Shown one piece after another: positions 37,807 to 49,100 of a stretch of 64,000 bases of DNA. Below the pieces are notes generated by a model. The model had not been told where the DNA came from, did no database searches, and was given only the letters and a program-made list of their open reading frames with translations. How positions within the stretch are numbered: position 1 is the stretch's first letter; every line of letters begins with the position of its first letter. The DNA lies in the NCBI GenBank assembly GCA_044432725.1, contig JAWXUL010000004.1:48536-112535 (forward strand). Direction: 5' to 3'. Both the position numbers and the translations under genes were made by a program. This stretch comes from Eubacteriales bacterium. GTDB lineage: Bacteria; Bacillota; Clostridia; Oscillospirales; Oscillospiraceae.

Positions 37807-38529
37807 TCAGATTAGTTCCTCAGGAGCATCTTTTCCCAGATTGGTATCTTGGAATTTTTGGTAAGCATAACGAAAATAGAAAAAAACTAAAATTGCTTCA
37901 CCTAAAAAACTACTCAAGAAAATAAGTTTTGGATCAAAGATTACCCCAACTAAGGTAAATCCAAGCATACCTAGGGTAGAAATCAACATATTATAGTCCT
38001 TTTTGTAACGAATGGTGACGATTGCACCAGCTGACATGGGGATTAAAGTGCCGTAACTCAGAAATTTTAAAATGAAGCGAGAGAGAAAGAAGGCATTATC
38101 CTTGTCAATAGAATGACGAATCACACCGCCGTAGTCAATCAGATCCACTGGAGAGGTAAAAATCGCCACAATCGCTCCTCCTGACAGGAAAAAAACAAGA
38201 ACCCACACTAATTTAGTGTAATTTTTGTGGAGTAATTTCCCACAATCACGAAAAGCGTTCAGCACAATCATCATAATCAGAGGTGTCAGAGCGTGGAAAA
38301 CGTGTCGGAAGATACCAATCCAATAAAATCCAGAAACATTGACCAAGTGATACCCCAAGCCAGTGATGATTGTGTCATAACATAAACCAAAAGAGATCAA
38401 TCCATTGAATAAAAAGATAGAGTCTTTTGATTTTTTGTAATATATTAGGGAGAAAATTCCCACTGACAATAAAAAAGCGAAGAGTAAATAGCAGTAAGTG
38501 GGGTTGATTTGTTCAAATAGTTTTAACAT
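37807..38529 (-). CDS. polytopic membrane protein (function unknown)
   Basis: 240 aa with about seven hydrophobic segments and no recognised motif. Confidence 0.6.
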   Translation of the reverse strand: MLKLFEQINPTYCYLLFAFLLSVGIFSLIYYKKSKDSIFLFNGLISFGLCYDTIITGLGYHLVNVSGFYWIGIFRHVFHALTPLIMMIVLNAFRDCGKLLHKNYTKLVWVLVFFLSGGAIVAIFTSPVDLIDYGGVIRHSIDKDNAFFLSRFILKFLSYGTLIPMSAGAIVTIRYKKDYNMLISTLGMLGFTLVGVIFDPKLIFLSSFLGEAILVFFYFRYAYQKFQDTNLGKDAPEELI

Positions 38530-38589
38530 AAGTACCTCGTTTTAATATGATTGGAGATTTTACAACGTAAGTTTTCTTCGGCAAATGGA

Positions 38590-38795
38590 TTTGCTAAGGC
38601 AATACCTCATAATTGCCGTTTTCAAATTTCAAGAAAAATTGTTTCCCCTAAAGGGACTTCCAAGGTCGCACAAAAAGTTGAAATTTGAGCGTAATCCTTG
38701 GTGGATTGCCGAAAATTTCAGCGAATTTGTGGGACGATTTTTGAAGGAATTTGGAAATGAGTGATTGTGAGGTGTTGCCCTAAGGATAGAGAGTA
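38590..38795 (+). repeat. copy A of a three-copy intergenic element (core AAAAAGTTGAAATTTGAGCGTAATCCTTGGTGGATTGCCGA)
   Basis: Core at 38672..38720. Its ends GGCAATACCTCATAAT / ATTGTGAGGTGTTGCC form imperfect inverted repeats. Related copies at ~54780..54900 and ~56150..56380. Confidence 0.6.
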
Positions 38796-38869
38796 ATCAT
38801 GGCCCTTGTGATGATTTGGAATATTACCAACAGGAAATTTTCTTCTTATAAGCTGAAATTTATTTGTGA

Positions 38870-41725
38870 TTAAGAAAGATTCGTAAAATTACTCAGCATA
38901 ACAGCCACTTCCACTCGTGAAACAACGCCATTGGGGGTGAGTGTACCATTTGCATTTCCTGACATCAAGCCATTTTTTACTGCCCAAGCAAGTCCAGACT
39001 GCGCCCAGCTATTTCCGCTCGTTCCGTCAGGATAGTCAGACAAAATGCCAAGTTCATAGCTGACATCTTTCCCTTGGACTGTTGCAAGCTGACGTAAAAT
39101 TAGAGCAAATTCTTCTCGACTCACATCTCCCACTGCGTTAAACCAAGTGCTTGTATTCCCAGCCATCACTTTATTTTCAAAACACCAACCAATGGCATTG
39201 GCATAATTCCCAACATCTGTGAAATCACTGGCATAAGTGCCACCATCTCCGCTCATATTATAAAGTGATTGTGCGATTAAGCCACGATTACTTGCCGTTC
39301 CGTAATTTTCTGGAGAAATATCCGTCATAATATCAGAAGATACGAAGTCGATATAAGTGCTTGCCCATGTGGGGTAAGAACTGCTTGGGGTGGTGACTTC
39401 TGGGGTGATGCTTGGGGTAGTTGTGGTAACTGGTGCTGTGGGCAATGTTGGCACAGAGGTGGGGATAATGGTGGGATTTTGGTTTTCCTTAGAAATATCT
39501 CCCAGAGAGGAGAATGTAAACACATTTGTATAGGAGGATAGTTGTGCTACGCTGGTATTGGGGTAGCCATAGACCACCAAGGAAGGATTGCTCTCCACAA
39601 ATGGATGGTTTAAAAGAATCATTACAATGAGATGTTGATAATAAAAGCAAGAACTGACAGTACTAGGTAACACAACTTTTGCCAAAGAACTACAGCCGAG
39701 GAATTGTGCCTTATCCGTATACGTAGTATTCTCGCCATAAGCAAAACTTCGGAATCCATAAGGGAAAATTGCTTCGCTCAGGCTGGTACAATGTTGGAAG
39801 GCAGCTAAACCAACATAGGATAATCTTGTATTACTGAAATCAAGTTTCCCTAGTTTAGAACAGCCATAGAAAGCATAATCATAAATATTTTTCGTGGTGC
39901 TTGGTAAAGTGATTTGTGGCAAAGTCGTGCAACCATAGAAAGCATAAGGTCCAATGTTCACAATGCCTTCTCGCAAATATACATCTTTTAAGGCAGTAGT
40001 ATTTAAAAAAGTAGATTCAGGCAACTGATCAATATCTGCCATGATAATGGCAGAGGACAAGAGGGAACATTCTTGGAACACATGGGTTCCCATGATACGC
40101 ACTGTGTCAGGCACATATGCCGAAGTCAAACCAGATCGATAGAACACCCCACGGGCGAACTCTACCACAGTACTGGGAATCCAAATATCTCGCAAAAGAG
40201 TGGTGCGAGCAAAACAATCACGACCTAAATATTCCAAGCCTTCGTTCAAAGTCACCGAATGTAAGTTGGTACAGCCGTCAAAGGCATATCCCTCAATTCG
40301 CTTGAGGGTATTTGGCATGGTAACAGAATCAATATTTGTCTTATTTTGAAAGACATTGGCAGCTATGCCAAGGACAGTCCTTCCACCAATGGTGGAAGGA
40401 ATCACCACATTGCCACCAGAACCAGTATAAGAGGTAATCAAACCACCTGCCCCAAGAACAAAATCCGATTCTGCACTTGCGTTGGGTGTTGGGACTGGAG
40501 TGACTTCCGTCACTACCATGTCAGATTTTTTGGGCAGTGCAGGGGCTGAGGTTGGGGACGTGATAGCGTTTTGATTTTCACTTGATGTAGACCCCAGAGA
40601 AGAGAAGCGAAACACATTTGTATAAGTGGAAAGTTTCGCCACAGAGGTATCTGGATAGCCATAGACCACCAAGGAGGGATTGCAGTCGATAAAAGGATGG
40701 TTTAAGATTTCATAATTATTCGTGAGATAGTTCAGCACCAGCCCAGCGCTAAAATTGGGAATGGTATAGCGCCAATAGCAAGAACTTAAAGTGCTAGGTA
40801 GCACCACTTTTTCCAAAGAAGTACATCCATAAAATTGCGCCTTATCTGTATAGGTATAATTCTCGCCATAAGCAAAACTTTGGAATCCATAAGGGAAGAT
40901 CGCTTCCCTTAGGCTGAGACAATGTTGGAATGCTGCTAAACCCACCGAAGCTAGTTGGGTATTGGAAAAATCAAGCTTCTCCAGTTTAGAACAAGCAAAA
41001 AAAGCATATTGGTTGATGGTTTTGGTGCTGCTTGGTAGGGTGATTTCTGTTAAACTTTTACATCCATAAAAGGCATAAGGACCAACAGTGGCAATGCCTT
41101 CTCTTAAGTAGACTTCTTTCAAGACGACAGAGTTTAAGAAAGTAGATTCTGGTAAGAGGTTGACATTTGCCATGAAAATCACCTCTGTGAGACGTTGACA
41201 TTCTTGGAACACATGAGTGCCCATACTTCTCACTGTGGCAGGCACATATGCAGAGGTCAAACCAGATTGATAAAACACCCCACGAGCCAATTCCACCACG
41301 GTACTAGGAATCCAAATGGCAGTTAAATTGGTGGTGCGGGCAAAAGAATCACGACCTAAATATTCCAAACCTTCATTCAAATCCACAGAGCGTAAGTTGC
41401 TACAGCCATCAAAAGCATACTATTCTATCCGTGTCAAAGTACTTGGCATGGTGACAGATTCTATGCTTGTCACATTTTGGAAGGCACTCGTCCCGATGCT
41501 GTACACTGTCTGCCCGCCAATGGTAGAAGGGATGACCACATCGCCACCAGCTCCTGTATATTTTGTGATGATTCCACCACTGCCCATGGTGAAATCTCCT
41601 TCACTACTGGCGAGAGTTTGGGTATAAACTCCTGTTTCCTCTGTGATTTCTCTGGCAAAGCTGACCATAGATACACTGGATAAGAGCATAGAGCTTGCTA
41701 GAATGAAGGGTAATAATTTTTTCAT
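38870..41725 (-). pseudogene. BspA-type leucine-rich-repeat surface protein with C-terminal SLH-like repeats, interrupted by one in-frame TAG (41420..41422)
   Basis: ORF 41725..41423 (signal peptide plus first repeat, ...LTRIE) and ORF 41386..38870 are in the same frame, separated by a single TAG: TRIE*YAFDGCSNL versus the second module KRIEGYAFDGCTNL. Two ~1-kb tandem modules. Confidence 0.75.
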
Positions 41726-41945
41726 AATGACAGACCTCGTTCCTTGGTGAAATTTTGATTTTTTTAATGTACAGTATCTATTGTATGGTAAATAAAGGGG
41801 AAAGTCAAGGGGTAAGAGGAATATTAAGAAGGTTTACTCAGAAGCAAGAAAAAATAAATGTTATATAACCCTTGACAAGAAACCTGACTAGCTGTATAAT
41901 ACAGTTAAACTGCACTACAGGATTAATACAGAAAGGGGTGGTAAT

Positions 41946-42341
41946 GTGGTATCATTCCATGACCTGATTTTAAAAGAAGATAGCCCGATATATTTGCAAA
42001 TCATAGCCCATGTCAAAGCAGGGATCGTGGGAGAACTGATCAAAAATGGAGATGAAATGCCCTCTCGAAGAACAGTTTCAGCTCTTTTAGGGGTGAATCC
42101 AAACACAATTCAAAAAGCTTATAGGCAAATGGAAGAAGAAGGTTTGATATACTCCCACGCAGGGGCGAAAAGTTCCATTACTGTTTCCCAAGCACAGGTA
42201 AAGGAATTGAAAAAAGAGTTGCTTGAAGGGGATATTTTACACATCATCCTTCGTTTACAGGCGATCGGGCTAAAAAAAGAGGATGCATTCACACTGTTAG
42301 AAGATTTATGGGAGGAGAATGAAGATGAAACAAAAATTTAG
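41946..42341 (+). CDS. GntR-family transcriptional regulator (YtrA subfamily)
   Basis: 131 aa, GTG start. PIYLQIIAHVKAGIVGELIKNGDEMPSRRTVSALLGVNPNTIQKAYRQMEEEGLI winged-helix pattern and a short C-terminus. Confidence 0.85.
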   Translation: MVSFHDLILKEDSPIYLQIIAHVKAGIVGELIKNGDEMPSRRTVSALLGVNPNTIQKAYRQMEEEGLIYSHAGAKSSITVSQAQVKELKKELLEGDILHIILRLQAIGLKKEDAFTLLEDLWEENEDETKI

Positions 42342-43062
42342 TTTATTATCCTTGGTCAGTAGCCATACACTGAAACCTGTGATTTCAATTTGCATTATAA
42401 TGGCAAGTTTTCAAGCTGGACTACTGTATTATTTTGGAGTAAAACAAGAGGAACTTATGAATTTCAACGGAAGTATACAGCCATTTTATGCGTGGGGGGA
42501 GCATTTTTGGATGGAATTAAGCTATCTTATAGCACTTTGTGGAATTCTTGTCCTTTGCCTTTTAGAAAACTCTCTTCGTAATGGTAAGTATACATTGTTG
42601 CGACTAAGTACAAAGGAAACTGATTTCTTTCTTGCCTGCTTTTTTAACACATTGTGTTGCCTTTTGCTCTTGTGGGCAGTGGAGGCGATTGTACTAATTT
42701 GTGGAAGTTATTACTATATTTCAGTCACACCTTCTGATTTTCTCACCAATCAAAGTATTTTTCTTGCAACGTTATACAGCAACTTTCTCCAAGGGATTTT
42801 TCCAACGGTTAATCTGGCTGTTTGGGTGAAAAGTATGCTACAAATACTGTTAATTTCCTCCACTGTGGCAAGTGTTTCCACAAGTATCCTACAGGGGAAG
42901 TTGAGGAAATATTTGATAGGTTTCCTTGTTTTTCTTGTGCTAAACTATTTTTCCTCTAGGTATGTAGAAAGTAACCTTGTTTTTTCTGTGATTTATGCTG
43001 TGTTATTGGTGTTTGTGCTGAAAGGAGGCTTGTCTTGTGAAAGAGAAAAGGAAACAATGTAA
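42319..43062 (+). CDS. membrane protein of the YtrA-type operon
   Basis: 247 aa with multiple TM helices. Overlaps the neighbouring genes (translational coupling). Confidence 0.6.
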   Translation: MKMKQKFSLLSLVSSHTLKPVISICIIMASFQAGLLYYFGVKQEELMNFNGSIQPFYAWGEHFWMELSYLIALCGILVLCLLENSLRNGKYTLLRLSTKETDFFLACFFNTLCCLLLLWAVEAIVLICGSYYYISVTPSDFLTNQSIFLATLYSNFLQGIFPTVNLAVWVKSMLQILLISSTVASVSTSILQGKLRKYLIGFLVFLVLNYFSSRYVESNLVFSVIYAVLLVFVLKGGLSCEREKETM

Positions 43063-43582
43063 CATTCAAAATTTCCTACCCATGGGCGAAGAAGCAATAC
43101 CTCTATTTCGTCTATATTCTATATTTTTAGGGGTACTATTCCTTTTATCGCTCCAATTTTTTTATCATTTTTGGCGTTTTCAAGTGGAACAAGAGTGGAT
43201 TTTAGAACGGGATGGACTTTTGATTCAAACTGAATATTTTGGTCAACTGATCAAAAAAGGCTTCAATGGTTTGCCTTATTTTTATATTTGGTGTTTTGGA
43301 TTGGGCATACATCATTATTATACCCACACAAGGGGAAGTAAATCAATCTATTTAATGAAAAGATTGCCAAATTCTTGGGAATTTGTGGTGAGAATCTGGA
43401 CTTTCCCAGTCGTGTTTTCCTTAGTGACAGGTATTCTTACGGTTATTTTAATATTTTTGTACTACCAATACTATCTCTGTTTTTCAGTCCCAGACACAAT
43501 TCCAGAAAATCAACTGGAAATTTTTATAGACTTATGGTTTCAAGGAGGAGAAAAATATGTTGAAATTAGAAAATATCAATAA
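43037..43582 (+). CDS. membrane protein of the YtrA-type operon
   Basis: 181 aa (start uncertain, GTG 43037 or ATG 43082). Four hydrophobic segments. Overlaps both neighbours. Confidence 0.5.
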   Translation: MKEKRKQCNIQNFLPMGEEAIPLFRLYSIFLGVLFLLSLQFFYHFWRFQVEQEWILERDGLLIQTEYFGQLIKKGFNGLPYFYIWCFGLGIHHYYTHTRGSKSIYLMKRLPNSWEFVVRIWTFPVVFSLVTGILTVILIFLYYQYYLCFSVPDTIPENQLEIFIDLWFQGGEKYVEIRKYQ

Positions 43583-44297
43583 AAAATACTTGCCAGTAAG
43601 CAAGGCATTGGACTCTGTGAATCTCGACTTACCACGAGGAGAAATCGTGGGAATTTTCGGAGAAAATGGAGCCGGTAAAACAACATTGATGAAATCTGTC
43701 TTCAATTTTCATCACTATGAAGGGAAAATAACCTTAGATGGTGAAAAAATCACTCGTGCCAACATCAATAAACTTTCCTTTGCTACCTGTGAACATTCCT
43801 TCTTTCCTAAGATTACTGCAACAGCACATCGTGAATTTTATGAAAATCATTTCACTACTTTTCGCAGAAAACGCTACGAAACCTTGATGGAGTTTTTTGA
43901 ACTTCCTCAAAACAAAAAAATAAAAAGCTTTTCCACAGGGCAAAAAAATCAATTTGAGGTCATTATGGCACTGTCACAGGGAGCTGATTACATTTTCATG
44001 GACGAACCCTTTGCTGGGAACGATATTTTCAACCGTGAGGACTTCTATAAGGTGCTTTTGGGGATTTTAGAAGAACAGGAAACTTTGGTCCTATCCACCC
44101 ATTTAATCGAAGAAGTTTCCAATTTTATTGGTCGTGCCGTGCTGTTCAGCAAGGGGAAAATCATTGGGGATACCACTCTGGAGGACTTGGAAGAAAAGGG
44201 CTTAATGGCTTATGTGAAAGAGTCCTATCAATACCAAAATGACCGAGTCAGCCGTGCTTTGGAAAGATTTCAGGAGGAAAAGGAGGGAGATACATGA
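43557..44297 (+). CDS. ABC transporter ATP-binding protein
   Basis: Walker A GENGAGKTT, signature FSTGQKNQ, Walker B IFMDEP. Ends in TGA overlapping the next start (ATGA). Confidence 0.9.
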   Translation: MLKLENINKKYLPVSKALDSVNLDLPRGEIVGIFGENGAGKTTLMKSVFNFHHYEGKITLDGEKITRANINKLSFATCEHSFFPKITATAHREFYENHFTTFRRKRYETLMEFFELPQNKKIKSFSTGQKNQFEVIMALSQGADYIFMDEPFAGNDIFNREDFYKVLLGILEEQETLVLSTHLIEEVSNFIGRAVLFSKGKIIGDTTLEDLEEKGLMAYVKESYQYQNDRVSRALERFQEEKEGDT

Positions 44298-45706
44298 ATA
44301 AATCAGCGATATTCTCGATCTTCTTTGCAGTGGTTTCTGTTCTTGTCATTGGAGGCACTTCCGTGAAACTTGCCTCTGTGAAAGAAGAAGTGACAATCAG
44401 TCAAACTGTTTTAGTGGGGGATGAAAGTCTTGTGACTAACATTCAGATGAATTTAATCACTTATGATCAATATATGAACTCTTGGGAGATGAATATACCC
44501 TTATCTGCACCAGAAGAGAGGGAAACTACCTTCTGTTTTAATGTGAATCCTTGGATTGCTTATCCCAACGAATCAGAAGGGGATTTTTACCTTGGAACAA
44601 GTGTTAATATTTCAGGCTCCACCATGGGAACAATGGATTTTGAACTCATGGAACAAGAGCAAGGACACGAACAACTTTCAAGAGAGATGCTACTACCTTT
44701 TTTGATGCTAAAAGAAGTAGCAAGTGCCACTCCATTAGGGGAAACCCACAGTGAAACTTTATCTATGGCAGATTATTATGATTACTTACCTCTTAGTTTT
44801 AACATTTTCCCCAAAGGGGCTCGAGCCTTTGTCAATCCTTCTTATGATATTTTACAAGATTATTTTAAGTTTCCTGTTCACCCAGAGATAAAACTGAACA
44901 TCACCGTTGAAAAAAGCATGGAGGGGGTCAAAGCTTATTCTGTTAAAAATGCGGGGGATATTACTTCTGAAATTCTGGCATCTTATGTGATGGTGGAGGA
45001 TGGTATCATTGCTGCGACACAATCAGTGACTTATCAGGTTTCCATGCCAGATGAATGGAGTATAATCAACGAATTCATCAGGCAAGAAGAAACTCAAATC
45101 ACTAAAATTTCTTGGAATCATGTGAATGATGGGAATATCAGCACTGTGGAAATAAACGATGTTTATGAAATTTCTACCCTTGATTCTTCTTATACTATCT
45201 TTGATATGGTGGATTTAGGAGAAAATTTAGGGGTATTGCAGGAAAAAAAGGACCAATATTCTTTTTCTGTCCGTGACAAAGAAAGTTTTGAAGAACTTCA
45301 ATCGGTACCTCTCAGCCATGATGGCTATACAATCAACGAAGTGGATGGTGCATTTCTGATTGTTTCTTCTATTTCTCCAGAGGAAACAGCACGTTTCACC
45401 GTGTTAGAACAAGAGAACGACCATGTTTTCATCGGATTAGAGGGGGAAGATAGGTATCTTTTGGAAGGTGAAGAGAACAAGTATTACTCTATGGCACATT
45501 ATAATTATCATAAAGGGCATCTTTCAATGATAAGAGAGTATCGACGACATGATCAACATTTAGGTGATATATTCGTGAAAGTTTTCGATGAAAGTGGTAT
45601 GTATTTTGCCAGTCTTTACGAAAGTAGCCAAACAATCCAAGGAGAATATTACAATGGTATTGATTATGTGCAACTCTTTGACCAAGCAGAAATTACTTAT
45701 AAATGA
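44294..45706 (+). CDS. membrane-anchored extracytoplasmic protein (470 aa, function unknown)
   Basis: A single N-terminal TM/signal anchor (AIFSIFFAVVSVLVIGG) followed by a large soluble domain. Last gene of the GntR-ABC operon. Confidence 0.6.
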   Translation: MNKSAIFSIFFAVVSVLVIGGTSVKLASVKEEVTISQTVLVGDESLVTNIQMNLITYDQYMNSWEMNIPLSAPEERETTFCFNVNPWIAYPNESEGDFYLGTSVNISGSTMGTMDFELMEQEQGHEQLSREMLLPFLMLKEVASATPLGETHSETLSMADYYDYLPLSFNIFPKGARAFVNPSYDILQDYFKFPVHPEIKLNITVEKSMEGVKAYSVKNAGDITSEILASYVMVEDGIIAATQSVTYQVSMPDEWSIINEFIRQEETQITKISWNHVNDGNISTVEINDVYEISTLDSSYTIFDMVDLGENLGVLQEKKDQYSFSVRDKESFEELQSVPLSHDGYTINEVDGAFLIVSSISPEETARFTVLEQENDHVFIGLEGEDRYLLEGEENKYYSMAHYNYHKGHLSMIREYRRHDQHLGDIFVKVFDESGMYFASLYESSQTIQGEYYNGIDYVQLFDQAEITYK

Positions 45707-46071
45707 AGAAACTCCTGTAAATTTTAACCACTAATGCCCAAAGCACGGAAGATTCAACAGATCATGGAGAGAGTACCTTTGTCCTTGGACGAAGGTACTC
45801 TGATTATATTCTATCCTATTTTGCAACCACTCGACTTAGGTCAGATAGTGATTGCAGTTTCTCTAATATTTTAGGAAAGTTTTTTCCAGTTTCATAAAAA
45901 CTTTATGCACTATGTGGATCAGCTATACTAAGTTGTACAGAAAAAAATCGAACTGTGTGTTATACTAGACAATAAGAAAGAGGTGATACACATGGCAGAA
46001 AAAGTAAAAAAATACTAGATGAATTCAAAAAGCAAATCGTTTAATTTTCCCAAAGGTATAGATAAATGTGA

Positions 46072-46102
46072 AAAAGAGCAACTCTGTGTGAGTTGCTCTT
46101 TT
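46072..46102 (-). terminator. rho-independent terminator after hsdR
   Basis: Minus strand: AAAAGAGCAACTC-ACACA-GAGTTGCTCTTTT followed by TCAC. Confidence 0.65.
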
Positions 46103-46137
46103 CATCTTAAAATGTCTTTCATCTGGGAAATATCAGC

Positions 46138-49100
46138 TTAGACCTTAACATTTTGATTTATTTCTTGGATGATTTTGTGTATTCCTTGCCATACTGAAAG
46201 ATCCGTGAAAATCTCAACAACGCTTCCTTTGGAAGTGAACGGTGCTTCTTGCAAGACAGATAGGTCCTTCATCATACCATTTTCCACGATGTACTCCACA
46301 ATTTGGTTCACAAAGTAAATTTGTCGATCATCTAAATTCGCATTACTTAAAAACACCCCAAAGGCTTTTTTCGCTGCATTCATATCCAGTCCAAGAATTT
46401 CTCGGACAAATTCCCCTAGAGGTTTTTCGCCAAAGGTGTTTTCATATTCTTCGGCTGTGCCTACTTGACTCCATAAAATATCTTGTAAATCAACCATATC
46501 CTCAAATGTAAGTGGCTCATTATGCTTTAATTTCGCAATGGTTGGGTGATTTTGGTGTTCACGCACATAAAACTCTGCTTTTTCTTTATAATTTTTTAAA
46601 TCATCATTTTCTAAGTCAGATTCATGCCACTCCGTGGTGATTTCATCCGTGAAGTTGGTGCTATAAATGCGGTGTTCCTTTTTTATAAATTTCACCAAAC
46701 CACGTAGAGACTTTCTGATGTGTTCAAATTCTGGGATTGTTGCCTCCCCCATGTAATCATTGTGTAAAATTTTCTCGATTAACTCGTGTTGCGCCGTGAT
46801 TTCAGGAACATTTTGGATTCTGGAAATATCATTTACTCTTTGAAATAAATCACCTATTCCTTTAGACATTGGTTTTTTAGCCAAAAAGGCAAACTCTATC
46901 CCATAGAGAAGGGCATCGAATCGCAAAGCAGAAATTTCATCCTTGTCTGGCAAGATAAGATGTGCCAAATGTTCAGAAATCAGTGCCGTATCCTGAGAAG
47001 TGAGAGAATCATATGCCTTTTTATCGGAAAATTTCTCCACAAACTCTAAGTGCTGCTGCACTGCAAAGTGTTCTTTGTTTAATTCAGATACTTTTCCTAC
47101 TACTTCAATGACTAAGTTTTCTCTGATTTCTTGTAATTCAGGGCTTTGATAATCGAAGTCTTGGAGCAATAGAACTAATTTCGCCTTTAAATTCACCAAA
47201 GCACCTTGCAAAGGGAGGATATTGTTGGAAGTTTTTCCTTCGTGCATACGGAAGAACTTGAAATTTCCACAACAATCGAAAATATAGAACTTGCTTTTAT
47301 CCGTCCCGTCAATCAGGTTGGGACAAAGACGAGTGCCACGTCCAATCATTTGCCAAAACTTCGCTTTACTCATGACTCGTTTGAAAAATACCAGATTAAC
47401 CACCTCAGGAATATCAATCCCAGTGTCTAACATATCCACAGAAATGGCGATGTGTGGCATTTTATTCCCATCAGTGAAGCTATCAATGGCAGTTTCTGCA
47501 TAGTTAATATAATTATCAATGACTTGGGCAAAACCAGGAAGATGTGGATAGTTTTTGTTGAATATTTCGTATATTTTCTCTGCATGTAGATGATTCTTTG
47601 CGAAAACAATGGTTTTCCCTAGTTTGCTACCATAGTCCACTGAAATCCCTTGTGTCATCACCAAGTCCAACACTTTCGAGATGGTATCTTCGTTAAAAAG
47701 CCACTCATTCAGGGCAGAGGAAAGGATTTTTTTCGGAACATTCCCTGCATCATCGGTAAAAGTCTCTTCAAATTCTTCTTTTTCCTCGTCACTTAGGTCA
47801 TCATAGTGAATGCCTTCGTCAATGAATTTCAATTTACTTTCCACAGACATAAAATCCACTAAATATCCATCTCTCACAGCTTGGGCAAGTTCATAGCCAT
47901 AAGTGGGGATTCCCTTGTCCAGTTGGAAGATTTCATAGGTGTTTTTGTCAATTTCGTCCTTAGGTGTTGCCGTCAAACCCACCAAAGGCGCATCAAAATA
48001 GGTGAAAATATCCTTGTACTTGTTATAAATAGAGCGATGTGCCTCGTCACAAATCACAAGGTCAAAGTGACCTGTGGTAAACAGCTTCCCATCCTTGTCT
48101 TTGATTGTGTCAATGCAGTTGATCATTGTTTGATACGTAGAAAAAACGCAGTGAGCAGAGGTGTTTTTCTTATCTTCACAGAGATTTGTACAAGAAAGAT
48201 TAGGTAAAAGATTGACAAAGCTCCTTTTTGCCTGAGAAATCAGTGGAGTTCTGTCTGCTAGGAACAATATGTTTTTCACCCAACCATGTTTTTGCAGAAT
48301 CTCACAAAGTGCGATGACAGTTCTCGTTTTCCCCGAACCTGTTGCCATCACAAGGAGTGCTTTCCTCTGATTTTCTTCCAAAGTACGACAAACGGCTCGA
48401 ATAGCGCCTTCTTGGTAGTACCTATCTGCAATTTTCTTGTTCATTTCAATGTTTTTCAGGGGAGTTCGTTGTTTTCGCAAATTATAGAGTTTTTCCAAGT
48501 CTCGTTTTGCGTAAATCCCAGCCACTTTTCTTTCTGGATATTGCCAATCAAGAAGTCTGTATTCAAATCCGTTGGTTAAAAATAACACAGGTTTCACTCC
48601 ATGCTGTTTTTCAAGCAATTCAGCATACAATGTCCCTTGAATCCTTCCTTTTTCCACGGAAACAGAGGTTCTTTTTGCTTCAATGACGGCTAGAGGCTTA
48701 CCAACATCGTCATAAAGGACATAATCAGCGAAACCAACTTCGGATTTATTTGGCATTCCTTGCAGTTCTACCTCGTCAATCCAATTTCCCTTTTGTTTCC
48801 AACCTAAATCACGCAACATGGTGTCAATATATATTTTTCTGGTGGCATATTCTGATAAATCCAGAGGTTTTGGCTCGTAAGATTCTTTCTTTTCCTCGCA
48901 ACGCTGAGAAAGTTCCTCTCTCACATCCTCCTTTTCTTTCTGCAACGTGGTGAAGTCCACTTCAGAAATAGGACTGGCAGGGACGGCTTCTCCTTGCTTC
49001 AGTAAAACAGGGTCAAATTCTCTGTCCTCATAATGTTCCCCATAGCAATAGCCCAAGAAGTCAAGAAAAATATAGAGATTTTGCAAACAAATAGTGGCTT

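Noticed and set aside
41420-41422. TAG read as pyrrolysine, or programmed read-through, in the LRR/SLH gene
   Set aside because: No pyl genes are seen, TAG terminates the ABC permease (63373..63375), and the site lies in an ordinary repeat position. Treated as a nonsense mutation, pending read-level confirmation.
45993-46045. IS3-family OrfA remnant (MAEKVKK / ILDEFKKQIV across a frameshift)
   Set aside because: Only ~17 codons with an EFKKQ(I/A)V-like motif are present, with no inverted repeats or further transposase sequence. It is too short to call.
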